A DNA stretch of 64,000 nt from NCBI GenBank assembly GCA_040285855.1, contig JAUFOQ010000017.1:992001-1056000 (forward strand), in the 5' to 3' direction. Shown here piece by piece: positions 13,942 to 25,823 of the stretch (its first letter is position 1; each line of letters begins with the position of its first letter). This stretch comes from Eukaryota sp. GEM-RC1. Its lineage: Eukaryota. A program made the translations under genes and the position numbers. The notes beneath the pieces were generated by a model. It saw nothing but the letters and a program-made list of their open reading frames with translations. It was not told where the DNA came from and searched no databases.

Positions 13942-14108
13942 CATTAATGTATAAAAATACAAACCGTAAATACGATAACTTTTCAAGTGTGCCGTAATTA
14001 ATTTCCCTATTTTACAGTTGCTGTTTTTTCGGATACTCAGTATAGTATAAATATGGTACGGTACTGTACGGCAAATAGTGTACGGTACAGTATTTTTGTA
14101 CATCACAG
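13942..14108 (+). mobile_element. hAT-type MITE, 167 bp
   Basis: Degenerate TIRs CATTAATGTATAAAAATAC / GTATTTTTGTACATCACAG. 8-bp TSD GGTTGTTA / GGTTGTTT. CCGTA motifs on the left, TACGG motifs on the right. Confidence 0.7.
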
Positions 14109-14462
14109 GGTTGTTTATTAAAATAAACTCATTTACATATCCATATACATTACCTCTTTCCTGCAACATCTCCTAGCTTTCAATACAGTCGGAATTATGT
14201 TGCAGTTTTGCCCTAAAGTGCTTCTATAGTTGATGCTGTACAAACAATATTTATTGTACAAAAACCTCTACATCAAAAGGCGTTGGTCAAAATGATGAAA
14301 AGTGATTATACTCTATTGTACTTTGTTGTAGTAGAGTATTGCAGTGTTCGAAATTTTGCACGTGTTTTTTAAATGACACCGTCGGTGTCAACACGTGTGT
14401 CCACATGGCAGGTTTGTAAAAAACATTGTCCAATCACATTCTATTTCAGTTGCTTGAACAAC

Positions 14463-15181
14463 ATGGACTTGAAGTACGTTCCTTTGACTGGTATAGTAGT
14501 GACTGCCCTTGGTGTTATCGTTTGTCTCATTTTTGCTCCTTTTCTTTACGATGATTTCCCAGACAGAGTTTTGTTCATCTCCGAAGCTGGAGGCCGGTAT
14601 CCCCTTCTCCCTCTCTTCAGTTTTTCCTTGTCACTTGGAGGAGTTGTCATTGCTGTTTTGTCTTTCTTATTCTCCGATATTGTTCTTGCTCGCACACCCA
14701 CTCTAGCTAAGTCTTTCGTTCGTATCCCACTTGTCATCAAAACTTTTGCCATTGGTGGTGGAATTTCATTATCTCTTGTTGGATTGGTCTCTATTTACGA
14801 CAACTTCTGGTTGCATAGTAACTCCGCTCAAGTTTTCTTCCTACTCACAATGACCAATGCTTATCTCATTACTTACATGTCTCATCACCAAACAAAGGTC
14901 CTGGAAGACAGCAATCCTTATGTATCACGTGCTAAAAATGGGGCTTCTACAGAAAGTTCATTTGTTTTATCATGCCTTTCTTTGTTCTTCCCTACTTGCT
15001 TCTTCCTCCCCTAAAGTTCTCTTGGAGTTTGGGTGTTGCGGCAGTTTTTCAGTACCTTTCTGTTCTTGTTTTAATTTTGTTCTTTATTTCTTTTAGATTA
15101 GAGTTTAATGGAATTCAAATGTCGCTAAGTAATGTTTGTAAGGGTTTTGAGCATCGTATTGGCGATGATTTTGATAAGTAA
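14463..15181 (+). CDS. Frag1/DRAM/Sfk1 paralog, copy 2, with 1-nt deletion at A-run 14934-14938
   Basis: Close paralog of 13060-13782. It has GCTAAAAATGG where copy 1 has GCTAAAAAATGG; adding one A joins ORFs 14373-15014 and 14972-15181. Confidence 0.75.
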
Positions 15182-15238
15182 AACAACATATCTATAGAGA
15201 ATCTCGGTTTTGAATAATATAAATTAATACATTGTATT

Positions 15239-16073
15239 AAAAAACGGGGTTTATGATCAATCAGTGAAATAGATGCATTTGCAGAAATTGATAACTAACA
15301 GATACTAAGTAAAGTATCTAAACTATGATCCTTCTGTCCATCACCGAACAACTTACCTAAAATTGAATTAAAATATCTATGCATTGAACGAAACAACGCG
15401 AACGTCAACCTACTCAACCAACAATGTTCATTGAAAACATTACCGTACTCAGAACACAATTTACCAAAGGTAGTATAAAATCCTTGTGGAGCTAGGTCCA
15501 ACACTACCGTATATCGACATCGCAAACGATTGAAACACAAAGGAATTATATCTGTCAACATTCAATTGGTTAATTAAGTGACAGTACTTTGTATTTTTTC
15601 CATTTTCAACCATTTTAAGAGAGAAGAATCATCATGAAATATTTTGGAAATTGAATTTGAGTTACAATGATCAAGAGTTGCGAAATCCATGATAATTTCC
15701 TGACAAGCTAACCGAGGATCAATCAAACCATTGGCTAATCAAAAGATTAGCAAGTACAGGTTCAATTTTTCCATACAAACCATTGGCTTTAAAGATATCC
15801 AAACAGGTATCCCGGATACTGTTGTGAACAAATGGTCTAAAATGAATAAATTGATGACAATTAACTAAATGATGAAAATTTGAAGCCTTTGAACTACAAA
15901 GACATGGAGAATGCTTCAAAAGACCTGGGCCATAATCCTAACCTAAGTCTCATGTTTATAAGCCATTCATGATCCTTAAGATTAAAACAAAATTTTACTG
16001 GCAAAGGGGAAACAAATGAAGACGCAGAGCTTGAAGAAATATCATTCAAAAAAAACACAAAAAGCGAAACAAG
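15239..16073 (-). mobile_element. 5'-truncated CRE-like non-LTR element with oligo(T) 3' end
   Basis: WLINMRLRLGLWP, CLCSSK..HHLVNC, VHNSIRD. Ends ATAAACCCCG-TTTTTT. 9-bp TSD CATTGTATT at 15230-15238 and 16074-16082. Confidence 0.85.
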
Positions 16074-16274
16074 CATTGTATTTGCTGTAGAATAATCAGG
16101 CTCCAAGTCCCAAGTCAAGAACTGTTCTCGGGTAAAGAGTCTTATCTCACGCGAAATCATGAGAAAGATGAAGAGATTTGAATATTGAGAATACAATCAC
16201 GTCATGTGTGTGGAAAAGTAGCTCAGAAACCTTCCATTAAGGTTCACTCTAAAAATAGTTTTCCAACTCTAATA

Positions 16275-17872
16275 ATGGGTTCCGCATGTTCTTCCCAGAA
16301 ATCCATCCCAAACTTTAACTTTGACGATCCCCAACTTCAAGAAGCCATAGATGAAGCTAAGCACGGTGTTACTCTTACCTTACGCCAAGCTGATCTTCTT
16401 GAACTTGCACCCCACATCTCCCACTTCTCTCATCTACAACAACTATATCTCCGTCGATGCTGGTTAAAAGGTGTTGACTTTGCTGCTGTCCCCCGTTGCT
16501 TCAGTGCTTTAAACAAACTCATTAACGTGGAACTCATCAACATGCCGATCCACAACAAACTAGGCTCTGAGCTTTTTGGACCTTTCCTTGAAAGTCTTCT
16601 CATTGAGCATTGTCATCTCAGCAAGCTTCCTCCTCTTGTCGCTCTTCGCAATTTAAAGGTTCTAGATCTCTCTGATAATAACCTTGCTCAAATTCCAGAC
16701 GACATTGGTGTATTGAAATCTCTTGAAGTCCTTGATTTGTCTTCAAACTTCTTTCTAAGTTATCCGGATAATCTCAAGAAATTATCTAAACTGAAAGCTT
16801 TAGATCTTCGAAATAATCAAATGTCGAATATAGTTGAATCACATTTGATTACTTTTCCTCAGTTGACGTCATTGATGTTGGGGGACAATCGTTTGACAAA
16901 CTTTCCGGATCTATCAAGTAGTTTAAACAAGTTGACCAAAGTTGATCTCTCTTTTAACAAGATTTCGCTAATTCCTGATGTTTTTCTGGATATCCTCAAT
17001 TGCAATGGGTTGACTTCACAGGAAATCCTTTCAAATATGCCAAAATTGACCCAAGAAAGTTCCTAGTTTCCGAACTAACTGAAATTTTCCTCGATCAATC
17101 AAATTTAATTGCTGATAAACCTGAACCTCCCCAAAAACTCTGTCTTCTAACCTATGCTACCTTGCCTACCTCAACGATTTTTCTGAAATTGACGTTCTAG
17201 TGAAACAGCATGGTAAGAGTGACGTGGCAACAGCTGCAGCTCAAGGATGTACTTTTTATAATGGCTTTGCTAGTCTTCATATCTGTTGCATGTTCAATTA
17301 TTCTAAATTTCTGCAAAAATTAATTCAGACCAAAACAGATGCTTCTTCTATCTGCAATGGCTTTACCCCAATCATGATCGCGTGTCGTGCCGGCTCACTA
17401 GAATGTGTAGAATTACTAGCTAAACATGGTGTTAACACCAAAGCTTCTCCTCATGTCCCAAGAGCTGATGCTTCTACTCAAATCTTTGGATGTTTACAAG
17501 TCCCCCGTCTATCCTCCCCCTCTGCAAATAGCTGTTGAATCTGGTAATAGAGCCATTGCTATGTTTTTAATGAGGAAGGGTGCGGATCCAAGATGGTTGT
17601 TGGATCAGTGGGGTAGAAAGGTTCCTGGAATGGAGAATTTGTTCAAGGATAAGGTTTTAAAGAGAATGATTGAAAGTCAGGCCAAACTAAGAGGAAATGA
17701 AGCTGTTTCGATTGAGAGAAAGTGGCATTCTACCGTACAGACTACGATGTTTGTGAATTTGGCTGTATCGAAATTTAAAAAATTGTTAATTGTTGCGAAA
17801 GCTCGTAAGGAGGCTAATGCTAAGGGTGAAGATTTTGATCCTATAGCTTTTAGGAGAAAGCATTCATTGTAG
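16275..17872 (+). CDS. LRR + ankyrin-repeat protein with N-terminal MGSACS acylation motif (three homopolymer frameshifts)
   Basis: LxxLxLxxNxL repeats. Ankyrins GFASLHICC, GFTPIMIACRAGSLECVELL, PLQIAVESGNRAIAMFLMRKGAD. Frame changes near 16981-16985, 17129-17137 and 17516-17520. Confidence 0.75.
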
Positions 17873-18231
17873 ATTATTTGTCATTATTTGAATTTAGTAG
17901 TATTTTTAGTTTTGTTCTTTTAATATATGTGGAAATTAGTTGTAATCATTGCGTAGTCTAGGTGTAGTACATGTATCTGTCTCAAACGGTTAAAAGTGCA
18001 ACGTCTGTAACTTTGACATTTTCTTGCAAGTGTGTGCGAAATAATTATTTTACCAACGAATTCCTTTGTTTAAACAAGATACTTCGTGATTTGACGTTGA
18101 GAATTTAGCTACAAATGATTTCTGAATTAGTTTATATTCGTTACTTTTAACAAAAACAATTAGACCTAGACGATGTGGTAGAACTCAAACCAATAGATAC
18201 CAAATTTCAAAAGACCAAAAAAAAACTTTAT

Positions 18232-19306
18232 TCAAGCCTTTAGACCATTCAAAAGAGCCAAGACTTCCTCAGCTGACAGCCTACTTTCATCCTGGCTACA
18301 CAACAACCCTTCTAATATCTTACACCGTCTCGGATCAGGAATAATATCCAAAAGAGGTATCAAATGAGAAACACCATTTCCATTCGCTCTAATATCAGAT
18401 ACTTCCCCAACGCTGCACACATTAAGAGGATCACAGCGACCAAAGATACCAAATAACATAACCCCAAGAGAAAAGAGATCGGAATAAATGGAGAAGGCAC
18501 GGCACGGATCGCTAAAGAGGAAGGGAGAAAGATAGGTGAACACGTCAGCATTTTCAGGGTTAACATAATCCCGGGGATACTGGTCCATTTGTTGGTACAA
18601 GAAGACAGGTTTGATTAGCACTTGGAGGGAACTAGATGATGACTGGATGACGGTAACTCTGTCAGGAGTGAGGAAACCAGAGTGAGTGTTAAGGCGATGA
18701 AGTTTATGGAGTTGTTGGGTTAGAGAGATTGCAACTTGAAGCAGAACTTCGTCGGACACTGATGTGTCAGGGAATGTGGAGAAGATATCTTTGAGAGTGT
18801 CGTAATGAGAGAAGACAATGCCAACAGGGTCTTCAGTGTAGCCGAGAATAGGAAGGTATGGAGAAGGAACAGGGTTACCAGGAGGGAAGAATTGGTGGTT
18901 GAGCCGGACCATTGATTTGATCATCTCCAAAGCTTTATCAGCAGAGTGGTCAGTTTTGTTGAGAATGTGACATTCGACAGGACTGCCGTTATACTGAAGA
19001 ATATGAACAGTTCCTAAGAGATGTGATGGGAGAGATTGAGATCGCTCGAAATCTTGAGAGTTTAATGGAATGGGGCCGATATTGGGAACAGAAAAGGCGG
19101 CGATGATGTTTCTCAGGTATTCATTGATTGGAAGTTCAGAGATGGGAGAACATATCTGAGCATTGCAAAAGGAGCATCCTGAGTCTAGTTTCGCGTTCCT
19201 TTAGGCACGCGAGACAAAAATTATGGCCACACAATAGGGTAACGGGTTCCACAAGTACATGTGGAACTGCTGAATGACAAATATAGGTACTTAGTGAGAA
19301 GGGCAT
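18232..19306 (-). CDS. RING finger - pseudokinase fusion
   Basis: MPFSLSTYICHSAVPHVLVEPVTLLCGHNFCLACL, then after a 1-nt shift near 19200 KLDSGCSFC..LPINEYLRNII, open into ORF 18232-18930. Kinase C-lobe motifs YLSP and SDLFSLGVML are present; canonical HRD and DFG are not. Confidence 0.7.
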
Positions 19307-19379
19307 AGTGAGAAAATTTCTGTTAGAAATTGAAAACTATCACATTAACGTTGATGACCCAAACAAATACTGTACAGAG

Positions 19380-19930
19380 AACCACAAACCGTGTGCAACA
19401 AACACAAACAATCTGGGCAAGATTTATAAACATTTTGTCAATTTGTAGCTAAGATGGGAAACCAGTTGAAGTCACTGCAGAGATTTGCGTGGATTAAATC
19501 TCGATCTTGACCTGAAAGAAATCAGAAGTGTTGTCAGTTAGAGAGATGATCTGGTATACACTCCAGGTGTAGAATCGGCAAAGATTGGGAGATCAATTTC
19601 ACCTTCTCAAATTGGTGGATCAATGATTTGTAACAATGAAAGAGCGGAAGTATTAGAACAATACTAGTCATCATCATACGGAATGTCAGAATCGAAACAG
19701 AACTGAAACAGTAATAGATTAACAAAAACTGCAGTAGTTTAACTACGTGTACGCATTGTGTTAACTTATGCTACTTCTGAATGTGGGCCTGATGTGATTA
19801 CTTGGGAAGGTTGGGAAGGTGTTGTTAGACAAATGCTTACTTGACACGCAGATCTGAAATTGAAAATTTGGTTGCGTTTAACAAAGGCATACATGAACAA
19901 TATTGAAAGTCCATCTCACTCCTTCTTCTG
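19380..19930 (-). mobile_element. Gypsy pol remnant (integrase zinc-binding region)
   Basis: GQDRDLIHANLCSDFNWFPILATN*QNVYKSCPDC resembles the retroelement integrase H2C2 domain; heavily decayed. Confidence 0.5.
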
Positions 19931-20149
19931 AGGGTGCTCCTGATGACCTTATGTGACTTTTTTCTATTTCTTGTTTTGACCGATTCCGAGCGATTGGTGA
20001 AGGTCTAAATTGTTTGGCTTTTTGACTGGGTTGTGGAAGAAATTTCCTTGACTTGATTCTTTCTCCACTTTACTGCTTGACTGTGTTAATAAACATGTCA
20101 CCTAATCTATTGAAATGATGGAAGAAAAATCCAAGATTGGAAGTCACAC

Positions 20150-21330
20150 ATATCCATACGCAAACACCGCGTTTTCTATAACACGTCAGTACGAATAGAC
20201 TCATGAACATTGGAAAGTTTTTTACTCTGGTTATATCTAAACGGTTCTGTTTCTTATAATGAATCCAGTCGTGGATTGATTACAGACTCGTTCAGCAACG
20301 TTCGCGGATGAACTACTTGAGGCAGTAGTTTGATCTCAATCCTTTTAAGAGTGGAGTACTGTCCCCAAACCGCTTCCACCAAGCTGAAGTTTGTATTTTG
20401 GTTCTTCCAGCGACAGCTAAAGGTAAGGAAGGAGTATAAAATGAAGATGAGACAAGTGATCCATTGAATTCGCTAACCTCATTGATATCATCAACAACGG
20501 TATTGTTTTCATCGCTCTTGAAGTATTTCAAAAGAACAGTCTCCCTCTTCGATAGAGTTGTCGTCAGAATAGATCACAGCCTTACTTCGGATGTAGGAGA
20601 GCACACTTTTATAAAAGTTAGTTTTGAGAATGCTGACTCTCTATTGAAAGATTTGAGATCTGGAAGCAGACAACTCAAATGTGGTAAGGTGTCCACAGAA
20701 ATCTTTGATGGACTCTTCAACTTCTGCCAATCTTGAGTTTTTCTCACTGTAGAAAACAAACTACTTATCTAATACTGTCAGTAATTGTGTACACACAAGA
20801 TATTATTTCCATCATCTCGTTCCAACACACTTCTGTGTTTATCTTGGCTTTCCACGTCTTTCATTTGACGAGATTTATAGACGTTGATTAACTCAGCAAA
20901 ATTATTCGTGTCGTAGCTTTTTTTACAGATTTTCACAGATGCAACAGTCTCTCAACGATTATCCAATTTGTAGCAGATTGTGTGTCACCCGGCATGATAA
21001 GTCTGACCCTAACAACAAATTTGAAAAGGTTTGTAACCAATAGAATGGATTTTAATTAACTGATTGAGTGCAAGTGTAACAGATATCACTTCTTTAATAC
21101 GTTGATTCTTTTTAAGTAAATTTTTGAAGCAATTATTAAATTCATGGGCATTAAAGGTGTTCCAAGAGATTTTTGGAATTTTATTTGCTAAATGTAAAGG
21201 AGCCTTTCTTTTGCTTCCGCAATCGTTAACTATAGCTACCACAGTGCCGCACAGACTGATCAAGGGTTTCATCAACTCTACAATAACTTCAGCGGTTAAC
21301 ATATCGCGGTTTTCAACTGTATTGTATCGA
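20150..21330 (-). pseudogene. hAT transposase remnant (DUF659-like core + hATC dimerization)
   Basis: VVAIVNDCGS..KISWNTFNAHEFNNCFKNL; SAWWKRFGDSTPLL; SSANVAERV; HDWIHYKKQNRLDITRVKKL. Many stops. Confidence 0.8.
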
Positions 21331-21339
21331 GTGGGGATT

Positions 21340-22060
21340 TCCATCATTTGGTCAATGCAACGATAGTTGTTAGAAAATTGACTGCATCGGAAGTACTTGC
21401 ATTTGTGACGAGCGTCCATCTAGTTATTTGGAAGCTCGCAATGTCAGTTGTTTAAAACGTCAAATACCAAGTTGTTCACAAAGGCTGACTACATCATTGA
21501 CATCATGAGAATGATGGTGGTCCATTATGAGCAAAGCTTGATCGCCCCTTGCATATTGTTCGGTTTCCAAATTTTGAGCAATCGTTTGGAGACTTTACCA
21601 CTTACTACTTCGTTGATTTCTTCTTCTTCCAGGATCCTCGACAAAAACTTCCTCAGAAAAACAGGTTATGAACTCTTCTGGAAAGTCATAATTCGGCAAG
21701 CTAACAGTTGTCAAGCCTTCCCAAATGGCTTGAATTGGCAGCAATACTTCATCCTTTGAAACACTCAATGTTACAGTGTTACTTCTCTTGTCGCCACTTC
21801 CTAAAATTTTAATTTGTTTGGATCCGACTGGAGCATACGTACTGTACTTACATGGGACCCATGCTGACATAGTCTCATCCATGAACAATAATCCCGGATG
21901 ATATTCGTCAGAGGCTTCTAATGTTCGGCGCATCTCTATCCCAGCAATGTATTGCTCTTCTTGAGTCAAGTCTCTGGACTCTTTTTTTGAAGTGACTCTT
22001 CGGCTACTTCAACGCATGTGGTAGGATAGGACTTTGGTTGCCCAATCGTGGTTGAGTTCA
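21340..22060 (-). pseudogene. pogo-like (Tc1/mariner superfamily, DDE_1) transposase remnant
   Basis: LLFMDET..YAPVGSKQIKILGSGDKRSNTVTLSV..LLPIQAIWEG, and downstream QALLIMDHHHSH. Confidence 0.75.
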
Positions 22061-22345
22061 TAGTTGGGAAATACACTTTTTAAATATTTTTTAAATCCGG
22101 TTTAAAGTTGGTTTTTGTATTTTTTTGTATTTTTTCCAGACCGTTCATTTTGACTATTCAAGTGGTCATATGCCTCGAATTATGCGAGTTTTAGTAATCA
22201 GAATAACTAATTCACATTGATTGGTGATATTAAGCGGTAATTCTATTATTTCAACAAAAGAAAATAACAAAATATTATTATGTTAGAAATTTGTATTCTT
22301 GTGTTTTTTTGTGTATTTTATTTTCGGAGGTGGTGTATTGTCAAC

Positions 22346-22887
22346 CAAGGACTGGCAACAATTTATTGGTATTGCAATAAATTGATATTGACAATAGTTT
22401 TTATTGATTGCAACCCATTTCTCAATATTTTTTCAATACCAATATATTGGAAATAATTCTTTGTTGTAAAATGTGCCTACTTTTTGAAGATTAATTGTTC
22501 CGAATTCTTCAAGGTGTACCTTTTTGAAACTGGACTTGATTAAAGTAAAGTGACATAAACAGCAACATCATTTGAAGCAGTTTGTGCTTCATTTAATTCA
22601 CAAATGGGTAGACAGAAATGAGCTACATGTAGATGTTATTGCTGAACATTTCTTTCGTGATTGAAGATGCTTTTGTTGTAGTTTGTATTCAAATTGAACC
22701 ATGAAATCAGTGAGTCAATAACTTCAAATATTTAGTGAAATTTGATCTGTACTTATGTCACTTTGATATGTGTTTTATCTGATTTTATTGGACCAATTTA
22801 TTGCGATATATCGGACCAATACCAATTATTGATTGGGGGCAGAAATTTCGTAGTAATACTATTGCATTAAATTGTTGCCAGTCCCTG
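22346..22887 (+). mobile_element. hAT-type MITE, 542 bp
   Basis: 20-bp TIRs CAAGGACTGGCAACAATTTA / TAAATTGTTGCCAGTCCCTG (1 mismatch). TATTG/CAATA subterminal motifs. TSD degenerate (TTGTCAAC / TTTCCCAAC). Confidence 0.8.
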
Positions 22888-23289
22888 TTTCCCAACTACG
22901 GTTAATTGTACCAGTTGTTCTTTTCATAACAGAGTACTCTCATTTCCCAAGAGTTTTCGACAAATTGGAGGTTCTAATGATAATCACAGGTTGTAAATGA
23001 GCTGCATCTCAGTTGTTTACAATTGAGGTCTTATAAATGCAGTTATGGAAAGCTTGTACAATTGTCTAGATCTTTAAATCAGTGTATAGATATGTTAATT
23101 CCATTTTGGTCAAGTTGTTTGGTGGAAATTACTTTTCGGAATTTTGTAGTTCGTTTGATAGTTTGTTCTATTAGTCTTTATTTTTTTGTTAAAATTTTTG
23201 ATGATGATTGTTCTGCTCTTGAAGTGGCTGAAAAAGGAAAAAATACAAAGTATTGTCACTTAATTAACCAATTATATGTTGACAGGTAG

Positions 23290-23690
23290 TGATTCAACCG
23301 TTTGCGATGTCAATATACGGAAATGTTGGACCAACTGCACAAGGTTTTTAACTTCCTTTGTTAAATTGTGTTCTGAGTACATTAAAGTTTTCAATTAAAA
23401 TTTGTGGTTGAGTAGGTTAACGTTTGCGTTGTTTAGTACAATGTACAGATATTTTAATTAACTTTTGGGTAAGTTGTTCGGTGATGGACAAAATGATCAT
23501 AGTTTAGTTACTTTAGTTAGAAAAAATAATATAATTTTAAGACAACAACTTACCACGTACAATGTGCACTAACCAAAACTAGAAGACACTAGTTAAAATA
23601 AGTGTCTTCAGTTAGTGTCTGTTAGTTTTTAATTTCTGCAAATGCAAATGCATTAATTCCCTGATTGATCATGAACCCCGTTTTTTGTTG
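23290..23690 (+). mobile_element. CRE-like non-LTR 3' fragment (same family as 15239-16073) with a nested insert at ~23521-23609
   Basis: Shares GGTAAGTTGTTCGGTGATGGACA and the ...AACCCCG-TTTTTT end. The nested insert is flanked by AGTTAG repeats. Confidence 0.75.
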
Positions 23691-23722
23691 TTTTTTTGTT
23701 GTGTGTTTTTTGCCGCACATAC

Positions 23723-24717
23723 TAGACATGTCATTCAGCTTGACTCGACGCGACGTGACGTCATTTGTTCCGCGTCGGAGTCACTCAGCGCGTATTAATG
23801 GTCGCGTCGCGTCAGCGTCGACGCGTCGAAACGTCGCCGAAAGTCGTCGCGACGTAGGTCCAAATAGAACAATCATTGTCAATGCAATCTTTTTCATCAT
23901 ATGATTCAATCGATTTCACTGTAAATGAACCAAACAGTGACCATGTCTTTTTGTAACGTGAACACATGACCTGGCGAATACAAACAAAAATATCAAAACA
24001 TTTGATTGAAAATGTACTACTACAAATTCAACACTCAAGTCCAAAGTTAGTGATCGTCTTCAGACTCAATCAATTAGTCGAGGATAAATTCTCATCTTCC
24101 TTGACACAAACGCCGTAACTTTTTCAGAGTACAGCTTGAACACTGTCTGGAGATAACATCGAATTTGTTTGATGAAATCATTTTTTTACATTTAAACAGA
24201 ACTAAAGACTTTAATTGCAACAATAAATTAAGACAGTCATACTAATTCAAAAAATGAAAGAGGTTATATTCTCCACTTCAACACGAGAATTATCGCTATA
24301 CAACATGGAATAAATGGAACATAAATACTTGGGAATGCTTCTATAAAGAGCAAATATCATTCGATTAATCTATACAGCACCATTAAAAACCGTGTCATTA
24401 GAACGACATATATGATTAAAATCACTGAATAATTTTATACCTGCTGGACCAATAACTATCAAAAATTGAAATTCATATTAATTGAAAAAACGGGGTTTAT
24501 GATCAGTCAGTGAAATAAATGCATTTGCAGAAGTTATTAATTGAAAGAACTTGTTTATACAAAGTACTACTAGAGAAACTTTTGCATATTCAAACATGAA
24601 GTGACATTTATATAAGTGACGCGTCGAGACGCCAAAATTCTGAAGTCGACGTGACGCGACTTGGAATAAGAAATCAGAAGTCGACGCGTCACAACGCGTC
24701 ACGCTGAATGACATGTG
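23723..24717 (+). mobile_element. hAT-type non-autonomous element with CpG-rich GACGCG subterminal motifs
   Basis: TIRs ACATGTCATTCAGC(T/G)TGAC at both ends. TSD GCACATAC (23715-23722) / CCACATAC (24718-24725). Contains retroelement fragments at ~24225-24450 and 24485-24534. Confidence 0.8.
24485..24534 (-). mobile_element. 50-bp extreme 3' end of an oligo(T)-tailed CRE-like element
   Basis: Nearly identical to the start of 15239-16073 (15239-15290). TSD TATTAATTG at 24476-24484 and 24535-24543. Confidence 0.85.
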
Positions 24718-24806
24718 CCACATACATGTAAATCCGTTTTTCTGCAATTAGAAGTACTTCACTGGGGTCCAGTCCAGAACCAAACCAATATTATTTCTAC
24801 GACCAT

Positions 24807-25751
24807 TTATTGAAATAGTGTCTGAAATTCTGCATATCCCGCACTATCCAATTGATCCTTGGGAATAAAACGTAAAGCGGCAGAGTTGATACAGTAGCGT
24901 AATCCACCTGTTACTTTAGGTCCATCATTAAAAACATGTCCCAGATGTGAATCAGCATCACGGCTTCTCACTTCAGTTCTTAAAACACCCATCGAAGAAT
25001 CGGGCTTTTCAATAATTTGAGAAGGAACAAGTGGCTTCGTAAAACTAGGCCAACCGCATTGGGACTGAAACTTGTCCTTGGAGCTGAATAAAGGTTCTCC
25101 AGAAACTACATCTACATAAATACCTTCTTCATAAAAGTCGTTAAACTCATTACTAAAAGGCGGTTCTGTCTTGGAATGTTGTGTAACTTCGAACTCAAGT
25201 GTAGTCAGTCTGTCCTTTAAGGATTCCTTATCAGATTGCCAATGTTTCTGAATGAATGATTTTCTACCAGAACCCTGTTTGTAAGCACTATAGCTACTAG
25301 GGTGTCTTTTTGAATACTCTTGGTGATACTCTTCAGCCTGATAAAACTGAGAAAATGGACGAATCTCTGTTACAATGGGTTTACTAAACCGGCCACTTTC
25401 AGCAAGCTTTGCCTTGGAACGTTCTGCTGCTACACGCTGATCCTCGGAATGATAGAAGATCGCAGATTGATAGGATTCTCCTCGATCTGCAAATTGACCT
25501 CCTATATCTGTTGGATCTATTTGTTGCCAAAAAATATCCAATAGATGCTCGTAAGAGACTTTAGTGGGATCAAACTCGACTTGAACTGCTTCTAAGTGTC
25601 CAGTTGTGTTGGAGCACACTTCACGATAGGTTGGTTTAGGTTTATGACCACCAGTGTATCCAGAAGACACTTTGATAACGCCAGGCACATCCATGAAGGC
25701 TGCTTCAACACACCAAAAACAACCTCCTGCAAAAGTAGCAAATTGACTCAT
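24807..25751 (-). CDS. msrAB: Bifunctional peptide-methionine sulfoxide reductase MsrA-MsrB
   Basis: Msr[29 protein letters not shown]. Msr[27 protein letters not shown]. Intact and intronless. Confidence 0.97.
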   Translation of the reverse strand: MSQFATFAGGCFWCVEAAFMDVPGVIKVSSGYTGGHKPKPTYREVCSNTTGHLEAVQVEFDPTKVSYEHLLDIFWQQIDPTDIGGQFADRGESYQSAIFYHSEDQRVAAERSKAKLAESGRFSKPIVTEIRPFSQFYQAEEYHQEYSKRHPSSYSAYKQGSGRKSFIQKHWQSDKESLKDRLTTLEFEVTQHSKTEPPFSNEFNDFYEEGIYVDVVSGEPLFSSKDKFQSQCGWPSFTKPLVPSQIIEKPDSSMGVLRTEVRSRDADSHLGHVFNDGPKVTGGLRYCINSAALRFIPKDQLDSAGYAEFQTLFQ

Positions 25752-25823
25752 GAAAGAAGACTGGAAATGTCGGTCAACTTTCTGATCCTTTCTTCAAGTC
25801 TGTAACTCATATTCCCGACCTCT

